A stretch of 64,000 nucleotides of DNA from Candidatus Heimdallarchaeota archaeon (lineage in GTDB: Archaea; Asgardarchaeota; Heimdallarchaeia; JABLTI01), in assembly GCA_018238155.1 (NCBI GenBank), contig JABCTZ010000017.1, positions 32,001 through 96,000 of the forward strand. Reading direction: 5' to 3'. Below the pieces are notes generated by a model that did no database searches, was not told the origin of the DNA, and worked only from the letters and a program-made list of their open reading frames with translations. Below, in pieces: positions 50,104-58,704 of the stretch. Numbering within the stretch: position 1 is the stretch's first letter; each line of letters opens with the position of its first letter. A program made the position numbers and the translations under genes.

Positions 50104-50724
50104 TCATTTCGCCATTTCTTGTATTATTTTCTCTATTTCTTCAATACTATAATCATCCATTTTTTTGACTTTAGTGGAAATTTCAGTTATAATCTTCAAA
50201 CTGGAATTTAGGTTTATCATTCTTTGTTGTAATTGTTCTTTTCTTTTTTCATAATGTTTCTCTAAAGCTTGAAGGAATTTCTTTGCCTCTTCTTTTGTTT
50301 TGAATTTCTTCAATTGCTCTATCAAACTCGGTCTCCTGCTATGCCGAATACGTATTAATGGTCTTCGTGTTGGAGGAATAATATCACTTAGGAACGCAAT
50401 TTGATTGGTCCAATCATCTCTTAATTCTCGTAATTTTTCCTTCCCTTGTTCAGTTATTTTGTATAGTTTTTGCGCACGACCCTTGACAATTGCCTCTTCA
50501 GAAGTAATATATCCTTTTTCTTCCATTCCCTTCAATGTTCTATAGACATTCGTTTGTTTTACTTTGTAGTTCTTTTGAAGATCATATCCGGTAATCCCTT
50601 CAGTCTCTTCTGAAATAGTCCATAAGAACACTAATTGACTCATTTCTTTTACCATGCCAGGACCAAAAGGCATAGGTGGTCGAAAATGGTGTTGTTCGTA
50701 AGAACTGTGCCTTTGCTTATTCAT
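50104..50724 (-). CDS. PadR family regulator with long helical C-terminal domain
   Basis: TGYDL, VYRTL..ME..GY, KLYKITE.G..L. Confidence 0.88.
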   Translation of the reverse strand: MNKQRHSSYEQHHFRPPMPFGPGMVKEMSQLVFLWTISEETEGITGYDLQKNYKVKQTNVYRTLKGMEEKGYITSEEAIVKGRAQKLYKITEQGKEKLRELRDDWTNQIAFLSDIIPPTRRPLIRIRHSRRPSLIEQLKKFKTKEEAKKFLQALEKHYEKRKEQLQQRMINLNSSLKIITEISTKVKKMDDYSIEEIEKIIQEMAK

Positions 50725-50763
50725 TATACTTCACCTATACTTTCACAGCTATGCTTTAAAAAA

Positions 50764-50786
50764 AATATCGTCAAATTGGTGATATT
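50764..50786. promoter_or_regulatory. Putative PadR operator 1
   Basis: AATATCGTCAA-A-TTGGTGATATT imperfect inverted repeat, repeated at 51352. Confidence 0.6.
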
Positions 50787-50807
50787 ACCGTTCCTTTTTA
50801 GAAATAG

Positions 50808-50843
50808 TAAAGAACTCATGCTTGGGCTTACACGAGTTCTTTA
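50808..50843 (-). terminator. 13-bp hairpin downstream of the 50893-51315 gene
   Basis: TAAAGAACTCATG-N10-CACGAGTTCTTTA. Confidence 0.45.
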
Positions 50844-50892
50844 GTTTTGACGTGATGTTTTCTTTTGGAGATACTTAACTACTGAAGCGTTA

Positions 50893-51315
50893 TTACTCAT
50901 CCATGTCGATTATTTTCTTATCGTATTCTCGGTGAGTTTTTCTGAGGATTTTTCTCATTTCCCCGGGTGAGTATTCTTCTAGTTTAGTTAGATCCTTTAT
51001 ACTTTGATCAAAAAGTTCATTTAGAATTTCTAAATGTTCCATTCTTGTGTTCAATCGTCTTTTTTGTTTGACCAACATTTTCTTCCGATATTCCAAGTGT
51101 TCTATTGCCTCATCTTTGCTTCCAAGTTCTTCTAGTAGGTCCATTCTCCTACCATGGAACCTTCTGTGTCCAGCCATTGGATGTCTTCCCATTATTGGGT
51201 GTGTTCTCATTCTTGGCGCTTTTCTCATCATATGATGCATTACATGTCTTGGCATATCTTCTGTGCAATCTTGACTGTTTCTTTCTGTGTTTCTTTCTTT
51301 ATGTCTTCTCAACAT
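50893..51315 (-). CDS. His/Met/Arg-rich protein resembling the C-terminal domain of the adjacent PadR
   Basis: HPIMGRHPMAGH repeats; SKDEAIEHLE...L..RM..L aligns with PadR TKEEAKKFL...L..RM..L. Confidence 0.7.
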   Translation of the reverse strand: MLRRHKERNTERNSQDCTEDMPRHVMHHMMRKAPRMRTHPIMGRHPMAGHRRFHGRRMDLLEELGSKDEAIEHLEYRKKMLVKQKRRLNTRMEHLEILNELFDQSIKDLTKLEEYSPGEMRKILRKTHREYDKKIIDMDE

Positions 51316-51351
51316 TTTTCACCATGCTCCTTATAGACACGGTAGTATATA

Positions 51352-51374
51352 AATATATCCAATTTGGTGATATT
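51352..51374. promoter_or_regulatory. Putative PadR operator 2
   Basis: AATATATCCAA-T-TTGGTGATATT. Confidence 0.6.
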
Positions 51375-51469
51375 GCTACAATAAGCATATTGCCAAATTA
51401 TTCACTACTGACCAAAACAGCTGGTGGAACTAGCTTCAATAAAAAAAGAAAAATTAAAATAAACCTTTA

Positions 51470-51898
51470 TTATTGACTTTTATAAAGCTCATCCACTTTT
51501 TTTGCTACTTCTTGAGCAATTATTTCAGCTAATTTCATACCATCATCTCCAATATCCTGTGGAGTGTTAGGAATAAGTTCTGGATGTTGTTTCATAATTT
51601 CCTTAACGTAGATTGTTGCTGTTGCAGGAGCGCTATATCGTTCAACAGCTACTTTTCCACATTCTTCATCACATCCTTCTATTGTGATGGTTTTGTGTTT
51701 CTTAGCAAATTCTCTCTCGGATCCACCACCCTTATGATTAATATCACCCGCCATAAATAATGGTTGACAAATAATTGTGGTAGTGAATGGTCGCAATTTT
51801 TCTACTACAATTCTTGTTGCTACTCGAGTTAATGTTCCTTCTACTAATTTTTCACCACTACAAGCGATTATACCTATTTTTGGTTTTACTGAAATCAT
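51470..51898 (-). CDS. DGC-domain (putative zinc-binding) protein
   Basis: ACSG, C, ITIEGC...C. Confidence 0.85.
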   Translation of the reverse strand: MISVKPKIGIIACSGEKLVEGTLTRVATRIVVEKLRPFTTTIICQPLFMAGDINHKGGGSEREFAKKHKTITIEGCDEECGKVAVERYSAPATATIYVKEIMKQHPELIPNTPQDIGDDGMKLAEIIAQEVAKKVDELYKSQ

Positions 51899-51909
51899 CT
51901 TTTCACCTT

Positions 51910-52314
51910 CTATTCTATATATAAATCATCAACTTTTTCTGCAATATTCTCTGCTAGTTTTCTTGAGAGTACTTTTGCATTTTCACCTAAAATCAAAATA
52001 TCTTTTTCAGGTTTCAAGTCTCGATGTTTTTTGACTATGTCTGTAGACATAAAAACCGCATCAGGTTCTCTAACTGCTACTCGAACATCGGTATATGCGC
52101 ATTTTGCAGTACAACCATCGATGGTGATAATCTTATTTGCTTTCAGAGCATCAATGACTTCCTTCTTTCCTTTAACAATAAGTGGTAGACATTCTATAGC
52201 AGCTTTTTCTGGAGCTAACTCATTAACAACAATATAGGCTGCTTCTCTACACATACCACCAAATGCTTTTCCTATTCCACTACAAGGGATGATGTATACT
52301 TTTTCTTCTGACAT
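51910..52314 (-). CDS. DGC-domain (putative zinc-binding) protein
   Basis: PCSG, CL, ITIDGC...CA. Confidence 0.87.
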   Translation of the reverse strand: MSEEKVYIIPCSGIGKAFGGMCREAAYIVVNELAPEKAAIECLPLIVKGKKEVIDALKANKIITIDGCTAKCAYTDVRVAVREPDAVFMSTDIVKKHRDLKPEKDILILGENAKVLSRKLAENIAEKVDDLYIE

Positions 52315-52327
52315 TTTACTACCTACC

Positions 52328-53191
52328 TTAATTTTCTTCAACAATTTTACGTTTCATATATTCGAAGTATGTTGGACCATCCATTAGGAGTTCCTTATCT
52401 TCTTCAAGAGCTGCTAACTCAATTTCAGCAACCCATCCTTGCTCGTAAGCATCGCCATTCAAAAATTCTGGACTGTTTTCTAGTTCATTATTAACATCGA
52501 TAATATTTCCACTAACTGGTGATATTAATTGGAGTAATGCCTTAACTGATTCAAAATCTGCAACTTCATCAAATTGCTCGATTTTTGTTTCAATCGTTGG
52601 CAAATCAACAAAAATAACATCTCCCGCTTTGTTTTGAAAATAGTCTGTAATACCAACTAATGCTGTTTTTCCTTCTATTTTTGCCCAACAATCATTCTCG
52701 TTAAAATAGTATCCTTCTTTTGGCACACGGAAATGATATTTATCTACGGTAGTTTCTAAATATTCTACACCTACGAATTTTCTCTCTTCCTTTTTCTCAG
52801 TAATTGTGCTTAATTCAGTAATGAATTTTGTAATAATTTCTGCTGCAATTTTCTCTACAAGTTTCTCTCCATCGGTATTGAGTACTAGGTTTTTACCAGG
52901 GCGCAGTTGAAATTTTTTGGTCATATCCGGGATAAAAACTCGTTTGCTGATTTTCTGTCCTTTCGTCTCAGCTAATTTTGCTGCACAACGTGTTGAGCAC
53001 CCATCTATTACAATGATTTTAGCATTCTTTAGAATCTCGTCATATTTTTTTTCATTAGTATTATATAGAACCGGGCAGATTAAATCAATAGAAGAATCCA
53101 TCTCGATTACTTTGATAGATACTTCTCGAGTAATAACTCCAAGTGCTTTATCTAGTCCATTACAAGGTAGTAAACAGATTTTTTTAGCCAT
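52328..53191 (-). CDS. DGC domain fused to glycine-cleavage H (lipoyl-carrier) domain
   Basis: PCNG...C...IDGC..RCA, then W......VGITDY.Q...GD...V.LP, FESVKA (lipoyl-Lys), SPVSG, N.D.Y..GW. Confidence 0.88.
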   Translation of the reverse strand: MAKKICLLPCNGLDKALGVITREVSIKVIEMDSSIDLICPVLYNTNEKKYDEILKNAKIIVIDGCSTRCAAKLAETKGQKISKRVFIPDMTKKFQLRPGKNLVLNTDGEKLVEKIAAEIITKFITELSTITEKKEERKFVGVEYLETTVDKYHFRVPKEGYYFNENDCWAKIEGKTALVGITDYFQNKAGDVIFVDLPTIETKIEQFDEVADFESVKALLQLISPVSGNIIDVNNELENSPEFLNGDAYEQGWVAEIELAALEEDKELLMDGPTYFEYMKRKIVEEN

Positions 53192-53194
53192 TTT

Positions 53195-53500
53195 TTAACC
53201 CTCACCTTTTTTTCTAATTTCTTTAATCAGCGTAACAATTTCCTTTTTGTTGGGGAAGATCAATGCATCTGGTTCACACATTTTCACGCAAGCTCTACAA
53301 AAAACAACGCAATTATATACATTCTTTACAATAAGTTTCTTCTCTTCTTCGTTCCTTTTTTCAAAGACTTTATGGGGGCAGAACTTATCACAATCCATAC
53401 AATAGTTACATTTTTCATAATCTATTGTTGGCCACCAAGGAATCTCTTTTCTTGGTACTCCCATGAAAGTAGCAGTAGTTGCATCATATTTTTTAGCCAT
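53195..53500 (-). CDS. 2x[4Fe-4S] ferredoxin
   Basis: CNYCMDC...CP and CVVFCRAC...C. Confidence 0.9.
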   Translation of the reverse strand: MAKKYDATTATFMGVPRKEIPWWPTIDYEKCNYCMDCDKFCPHKVFEKRNEEEKKLIVKNVYNCVVFCRACVKMCEPDALIFPNKKEIVTLIKEIRKKGEG

Positions 53501-53501
53501 T

Positions 53502-53885
53502 TTATTCATCCTTCTCATGATTTTCTAAGGTTTGCTCAACTAGATTAAATGCTTGTTCTGTAGACAAATCTCTAATATCTAGCGGAATAAGATCTTTCTT
53601 TACATCTAATCCTACCTTTTGAAATGCATCTCGAAAGAGCTTGTATTGCATTGTTGGTGCACAACCTGCTACCATGTATTTTCGTCCTTCCTGTAAGAAA
53701 TCATCAAAAAATCTATCACCATCTTCTTCACAAAGCTGCGGATGAATAAATCCATATTCAACTGGAAGCTCGATACGTACTCTGTTGACAAAGTCCCACA
53801 TATCCATTTTTTCAAATCCAGGGCATTTGCCTGTACAAACACACATTATGAATCCAATCTCTTTTTTATTTGCCATGCGTATCAC
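53502..53885 (-). CDS. Stand-alone HdrA N-terminal-like domain
   Basis: IG...CxC, LC..DG, VAGCAP.....LF, DIR pattern of the HdrA N-terminus. Confidence 0.72.
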   Translation of the reverse strand: MIRMANKKEIGFIMCVCTGKCPGFEKMDMWDFVNRVRIELPVEYGFIHPQLCEEDGDRFFDDFLQEGRKYMVAGCAPTMQYKLFRDAFQKVGLDVKKDLIPLDIRDLSTEQAFNLVEQTLENHEKDE

Positions 53886-53916
53886 TTGGTTCTAGGTAAT
53901 TAAAACACGAGGGTTC

Positions 53917-53940
53917 ATAACAATATTTAAATATTGTTAT
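53917..53940. promoter_or_regulatory. Perfect 24-bp palindrome (putative ArsR operator over a bidirectional TATA box)
   Basis: ATAACAATATTT/AAATATTGTTAT between divergent genes. Confidence 0.75.
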
Positions 53941-53956
53941 ACACTTATTTCGTTTT

Positions 53957-54277
53957 ATGAATGAAAAAAATGAACTACTTCAGTTTAGAGCGAAGATATT
54001 CAAAGCGTTTGCGGACCCTCTAAGACTACATATATTGCAATTCATAGGTACTGAAGAAAAATGCGTTTGTGAAATAATCCCCGAATTAGATGTAGTACAA
54101 CCATTAGTATCTCGACATCTCGGAATCCTTAAGAGAAGTGGTCTCATCTTTGATCGAAAAGATGGAAATAAGCGTTTTTATTCCCTAACAGATATTAGAA
54201 TTCTCAAGATAATAAAAGATGTCACTCCAGAAATGTGTGAAAATTTTTCTTCGTTAATTATTCAGTTATTAACTTGA
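53957..54277 (+). CDS. ArsR/SmtB family metalloregulator
   Basis: FKAFADPLRL.IL, CVCEI, VSRHL..L. Confidence 0.93.
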   Translation: MNEKNELLQFRAKIFKAFADPLRLHILQFIGTEEKCVCEIIPELDVVQPLVSRHLGILKRSGLIFDRKDGNKRFYSLTDIRILKIIKDVTPEMCENFSSLIIQLLT

Positions 54278-54297
54278 AGAAAAAGGAACCAATGAAA

Positions 54298-54855
54298 TTA
54301 TGCTTCTTGCTCTAAAAGATGGAATAAATACGTGAATGCATCTACTAATCCTTTACCAGATTTTGCAGATGTTTTGTAAACAGCCCAATTGATAACAGAG
54401 CTGAGTTGCAATAGACCAAATTTTTGAATAAACTCTGCTCGAGGCATGCACTCGGATAAATCTGCCTTATTTAACAGAACTAGAACTGGTATTCCAATAT
54501 TAATCTGTGTTTCAATTACTTTGTGGAAGACTTCTCGAGATTCTTCGAAATTGCTTTGATCACTACCATCCACGATATATACTACAGCATCCGATTTTTC
54601 ATTTATCTGCGTCCAAAAATTACGGAAACCTGTTTGCCCACCAAGGTCAAATATTTTTAAATGTAAATTTGGAAAATCAATATTATTTATATTAACACCC
54701 ATTGTAGGTATTGTTGTTTTTGAGTCACCGTACATTAGATAATTAATAGTTGAAGTCTTTCCTGCATTGGCTAACCCACAAACTGTCATGTTTGCTTCTT
54801 TTGTTTTTTTACCAAATAATCTTCTAAATATTGACACAGTCACCTTTTCTCCCAA
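54298..54855 (-). CDS. Arf/Arl-like small GTPase
   Basis: N-terminal SIFRRLFG helix, GLANAGKTS, TIPTMG, FDLGGQ, NKAD, TSAK. Confidence 0.9.
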   Translation of the reverse strand: MGEKVTVSIFRRLFGKKTKEANMTVCGLANAGKTSTINYLMYGDSKTTIPTMGVNINNIDFPNLHLKIFDLGGQTGFRNFWTQINEKSDAVVYIVDGSDQSNFEESREVFHKVIETQINIGIPVLVLLNKADLSECMPRAEFIQKFGLLQLSSVINWAVYKTSAKSGKGLVDAFTYLFHLLEQEA

Positions 54856-55159
54856 GTACTAGTTGATAGTAGCAGACTTATTTACTAAGAAAGATTTCTT
54901 TACTTTAAATTTTTTCTGTTAATTGTTGTTCATTAATGTTTTTATCTTCTCTTTTAGACATTTTTTTAGTTTTTTTTTGAATGAAAATTTAATAATATTA
55001 TCTACCGCACAGCACAAGATTTTCGATTGAAGAACAAAATTAAAATAGAGATAGCTTTTGTCTAGCATGATAGGAGAAAAAAACATTCAATCAACCAAAT
55101 AGGAAGAAAAAACATATAAGACACTTCCTAAAAAAGGTTGATGTGATATATTCTCAATC

Positions 55160-55178
55160 TTATCATGCGCAATGATAA
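55160..55178. promoter_or_regulatory. TTATCAT-N5-ATGATAA palindrome upstream of the por operon
   Basis: Perfect 7-bp inverted repeat ~35 bp before porG. Confidence 0.45.
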
Positions 55179-55211
55179 AGAAAAAAAAAACACTCTGAGT
55201 GTGACCTAAAA

Positions 55212-55781
55212 TTGGTTGATGACAAATTAACTGATATTCGATTTCATGGTCGTGGCGGCCAAGGTGTAGTGACCGCTTCTCGTATTGCCGCAGAAGCAGC
55301 CCTTGCCGAAGATAAATATGTCCACGCCTTTCCAGCTTTTGGTCCAGAAAGAGCCGGTGCACCTATAGAAGGGTTTACTCGCATTTCCTCTGAAGAGTTC
55401 ACTTTAAAAACAGAGATTCACTATCCCGATATAATTGTGATTTTAGATCCAACACTAATCGGTACAGTTAATCTTGGTAAAGGACTCAAAGAAGGGGGAA
55501 TTGTCATAGCAAACTTTGCCGGTTCGATGGACGAGTTAAAGAAAAAAATCGGTATAAAAACCAAAGCCGAATACCATAAAGTAGACGCTACTAAAATTGC
55601 TAACGAAGAATTAGGTAGACCGATTACCAATACTGTTATGCTTGGTGCAATGATCAAAATAACAGATATTGTTGATTTAGATCATGTCTGCAATATAACT
55701 GCTGCGCGATTCCCAGGAGTTGTTGGTGAGAAAAACGTTAAAGCAATTAAAAGAGCATACAAGGAGACAGAAAGCGAATGA
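55212..55781 (+). CDS. porG: Pyruvate/2-ketoisovalerate:ferredoxin oxidoreductase gamma subunit
   Basis: RFHGRGGQG, FGPERAGAP, NT.MLGA. Confidence 0.93.
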   Translation: MVDDKLTDIRFHGRGGQGVVTASRIAAEAALAEDKYVHAFPAFGPERAGAPIEGFTRISSEEFTLKTEIHYPDIIVILDPTLIGTVNLGKGLKEGGIVIANFAGSMDELKKKIGIKTKAEYHKVDATKIANEELGRPITNTVMLGAMIKITDIVDLDHVCNITAARFPGVVGEKNVKAIKRAYKETESE

Positions 55782-56104
55782 GTAAAAATACACTCTCCGA
55801 AAAAGAAATGAAAGAATGGATAGAGCAAAAATGGGGTTATGAAAAATTACCCATGGGCGGATCTGTTCCTTTTGGTGGTTCCTCCATTTACTTCAAAACA
55901 GGTGATTGGAGTCCGTTCAAAGCAGTTGTTGATCGCGAAAAATGTACCAAATGTACTCGATGTTTCTTCCTCTGTCCTGATTCAGCAATAACCATGGATG
56001 ATGGTGGAATTCCGGTAATGGATTTCGATTATTGTAAAGGCTGTGGTATCTGTGCTGAAGAGTGTCCGTCTGACGCTATCGCAATGAAGGACTTGTCTAA
56101 ATAG
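55778..56104 (+). CDS. porD: 2-oxoacid:ferredoxin oxidoreductase delta subunit
   Basis: KTGDW, two CxxCxxCxxxCP motifs, YCKGCGICA. Confidence 0.93.
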   Translation: MSKNTLSEKEMKEWIEQKWGYEKLPMGGSVPFGGSSIYFKTGDWSPFKAVVDREKCTKCTRCFFLCPDSAITMDDGGIPVMDFDYCKGCGICAEECPSDAIAMKDLSK

Positions 56105-56114
56105 GTGATTACTC

Positions 56115-57311
56115 ATGACTAAAGCATCAATTACCCCTGGTAAAAGAGTAGGTATGACTGGCGACGAAGCTGTTGCTAATTCTATGGCAGTTATTAACCC
56201 TGATGTGGTTGCCGCTTATCCTATTACCCCTCAAACAATTATTGTCGAACATTTCAGTGACTTTGTCAATGATGGTGAAGTAGACACCGAATACATTACT
56301 GTAGAATCTGAACACAGTGCCATGAGCGCTTGTGTTGGTGCAAGTGCAACCGGTGCACGAGTCTTTACAGCCTCTGCCAGTCAAGGTATCGCTTTAATGT
56401 ATGAAATTCTCTTCATTGCTTCTGCCTCAAGATTACCTATCGTTATGGCTGTTGCAAACAGAGCATTAAGTGGTCCAATTAACATTCACGGTGAATTAAC
56501 AGATCAAACCGTCTGTCGAGATACTGGTTGGATTTCCATGTTCTCTGAATCTGCTCAAGAAGCATATGATGCAGGATTCATTGCTTTCAAAATTGGTGAG
56601 CATCCTGATGTATCTTTACCAGTTATGTACGGTCTTGATGGGTTTATTATAACCCATGCTCTCGAGGGTGTTTATCCTCTTGACCGAGATTTCGTTAAAA
56701 AATATTTACCAGAACGTGAGATGGTTCATCCAACAGTTCCTGGCAACCCAGTTTCATCTGGTCTACTTGCTCTCCAAGATTATTATATGGAAGTAAAGTT
56801 CCAGCAAGAAATTGCTATGGATGCTGCCCGTAAAGTAATTCCAAAAGCCTTTGAGGAATTTGGAGATTTAACTGGTCGCTATTATAAGAGTGTTGAAGAG
56901 TACCAAATGGAGGACGCTGAAGTCGCTTTTGTAACCATGGGTGCGTTAGCTGGTACAGCAAAATATGTTGTTGATAAGCTTCGCAAAGATGGCGAGAAAG
57001 TTGGTATGTTGAAAGTGAAAACCTTCAGACCATTCCCAGAAGAAGATTTGGCTAAAGCTTTGAAAGGTATTGAAACAATCGGTGTTATTGATCGTGATCT
57101 TACTTTTGGAGCACCAGGACCAGCTCTATATACTGACATTAAAACAACACTTTATGACCACAAAGAACGTCCACAAGTGCTTGGTTATATTGCAGGCCTT
57201 GGTGGAAGAGATGTTGCACAAGATGAATTCAACTACATCTACAAGCAGATGCTTAAGAATAAAGGCGCTGAAAAATCCGTTCCAGTAGAATGGGTCGGTC
57301 TTAGAAAGTAG
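56115..57311 (+). CDS. porA: Pyruvate:ferredoxin oxidoreductase alpha subunit
   Basis: AYPITPQT, VESEHSA, NRA, GLGGRD. Confidence 0.93.
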   Translation: MTKASITPGKRVGMTGDEAVANSMAVINPDVVAAYPITPQTIIVEHFSDFVNDGEVDTEYITVESEHSAMSACVGASATGARVFTASASQGIALMYEILFIASASRLPIVMAVANRALSGPINIHGELTDQTVCRDTGWISMFSESAQEAYDAGFIAFKIGEHPDVSLPVMYGLDGFIITHALEGVYPLDRDFVKKYLPEREMVHPTVPGNPVSSGLLALQDYYMEVKFQQEIAMDAARKVIPKAFEEFGDLTGRYYKSVEEYQMEDAEVAFVTMGALAGTAKYVVDKLRKDGEKVGMLKVKTFRPFPEEDLAKALKGIETIGVIDRDLTFGAPGPALYTDIKTTLYDHKERPQVLGYIAGLGGRDVAQDEFNYIYKQMLKNKGAEKSVPVEWVGLRK

Positions 57312-57326
57312 GAGGCATGAAAGAAA

Positions 57327-58313
57327 ATGACTTCATCCGAAGAATTAAAGAAAGTAAGAATTCCACCCGCAAAGGAATTAATGAAATTAAAAGATCGCTT
57401 GGCTCCTGGTCACCGATTGTGTGCAGGTTGTACCGCTGGTACAATTGCTAGATGCGCTACATTGGTTACAGATCCAGAAGATGTAGTAATATTCCATGCA
57501 ACAGGTTGTTTGGAAGTCGCTACAACTGTCTATCCATTTACTGCTTGGCGAGTTCCTTGGTTCCATAATGCTTTTGAAAATGTTGCTGCAACCGCAAGTG
57601 GTGCAGAAGCCGCTTATCGCTCAATGGTTAAGAAAGGCAAACTAAAGAAAGTACCAGACATCATTGCTTTTGCCGGTGATGGTGGAACATACGATATTGG
57701 TTTACAATCTCTTAGCGGAGCACTTGAACGTGGACATGATTTTGTATACATTTGTTACACAAATGGAGCATACATGAATACTGGTATTCAACGTTCTGGT
57801 GGTACACCTATGTATGCTGCTACAACAACTTCTCCAGCTGGCAAAGTTATTCCAGGTAAAATGGAATGGCGTAAAGATCTAGTAGCAATCGCTGCTGCTC
57901 ATAAAATTCCTTATGTTGCAACTGCTTCTCCCGCAGATCATAGAGATATGATGACCAAAGTTCGAAGAGCATTGGATGTGGATGGTCCGGCATTTCTTTT
58001 AATAGATATGCCATGTCCAAGAGGTTGGCGATTCCCTGAAGAAAAATCAGTTGCAATAGCAAAACAAGCGATTGACAATTGTTACTTCCCATTATACGAA
58101 ATCTACGATGGACGTGATTACGTTCTAAGTAGAATGAGTAAAATGATTGCTAAAAAACCCGAAAAGAAAGTTCCTGTTGAAGGCTACTTGAAAGGGCAAG
58201 GACGATTCAAACATCTCTTCAAACCCAAAAAGAGAGATGATTTGATTGCATTGTTCCAACAAGCAGTTGACCAAGAATGGGCTCATCTTCAGAAACTAGT
58301 TGAAATGTATTAA
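57327..58313 (+). CDS. porB: Pyruvate:ferredoxin oxidoreductase beta subunit
   Basis: GH..CAGC, TGC, GDGG..DIG, YMNTGIQRS, PCP.GW. Confidence 0.94.
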   Translation: MTSSEELKKVRIPPAKELMKLKDRLAPGHRLCAGCTAGTIARCATLVTDPEDVVIFHATGCLEVATTVYPFTAWRVPWFHNAFENVAATASGAEAAYRSMVKKGKLKKVPDIIAFAGDGGTYDIGLQSLSGALERGHDFVYICYTNGAYMNTGIQRSGGTPMYAATTTSPAGKVIPGKMEWRKDLVAIAAAHKIPYVATASPADHRDMMTKVRRALDVDGPAFLLIDMPCPRGWRFPEEKSVAIAKQAIDNCYFPLYEIYDGRDYVLSRMSKMIAKKPEKKVPVEGYLKGQGRFKHLFKPKKRDDLIALFQQAVDQEWAHLQKLVEMY

Positions 58314-58324
58314 CTATAAATACA

Positions 58325-58365
58325 AGAGAAAAGGTTAACCCTTTTTCTCCTCTTATTTTTCTATT
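58325..58365 (+). terminator. Hairpin plus T-tract after porB
   Basis: GAGAAAAGG-TTAA-CCCTTTTTCTC then TTATTTTT. Confidence 0.5.
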
Positions 58366-58484
58366 CAAAAGTTCTCTTAGAGGAGGAGCAGTTGAAACTA
58401 AGATTTGGGTTATTTAGACCTTTTTAAACAAAAAATACAGTGGGTTTTATTGAGAATATGTCTCCTTATGGAGGAAAATTCAAA

Positions 58485-58619
58485 ATGATGAAACTGATGA
58501 AAAATAAGCGATTAACATTGATCTTGCTTTTTGGAGTTATAGTATTACTCTGGGTAACAATGACCTTAACAATTGGTCCACCTGATGAAGCGCCACCTTT
58601 CATAACACCTGGTCCTTAA
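58485..58619 (+). CDS. Small single-pass membrane peptide (44 aa, absent from ORF track)
   Basis: GGAGG RBS; MMKLMKNKRLTLILLFGVIVLLWVTMTLTIGPPDEAPPFITPGP; T-tract after the stop. Confidence 0.55.
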   Translation: MMKLMKNKRLTLILLFGVIVLLWVTMTLTIGPPDEAPPFITPGP

Positions 58620-58704
58620 TTTTTTTTAATTAATAGGAAACAATAATAAAAAAATTCGAGGAAAACATGGTTAAGCTGCCCTCTAAATTAGAAAGGCGCT
58701 TTTT

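Noticed and set aside
50808-50843. SECIS element serving the Cys-rich operon
   Set aside because: No in-frame TGA in the upstream genes; the stem is a simple near-perfect hairpin.
52328-53191. Ordinary glycine cleavage system (gcvH)
   Set aside because: The H domain is fused to a DGC domain and no gcvT/gcvP/lpd genes are nearby.
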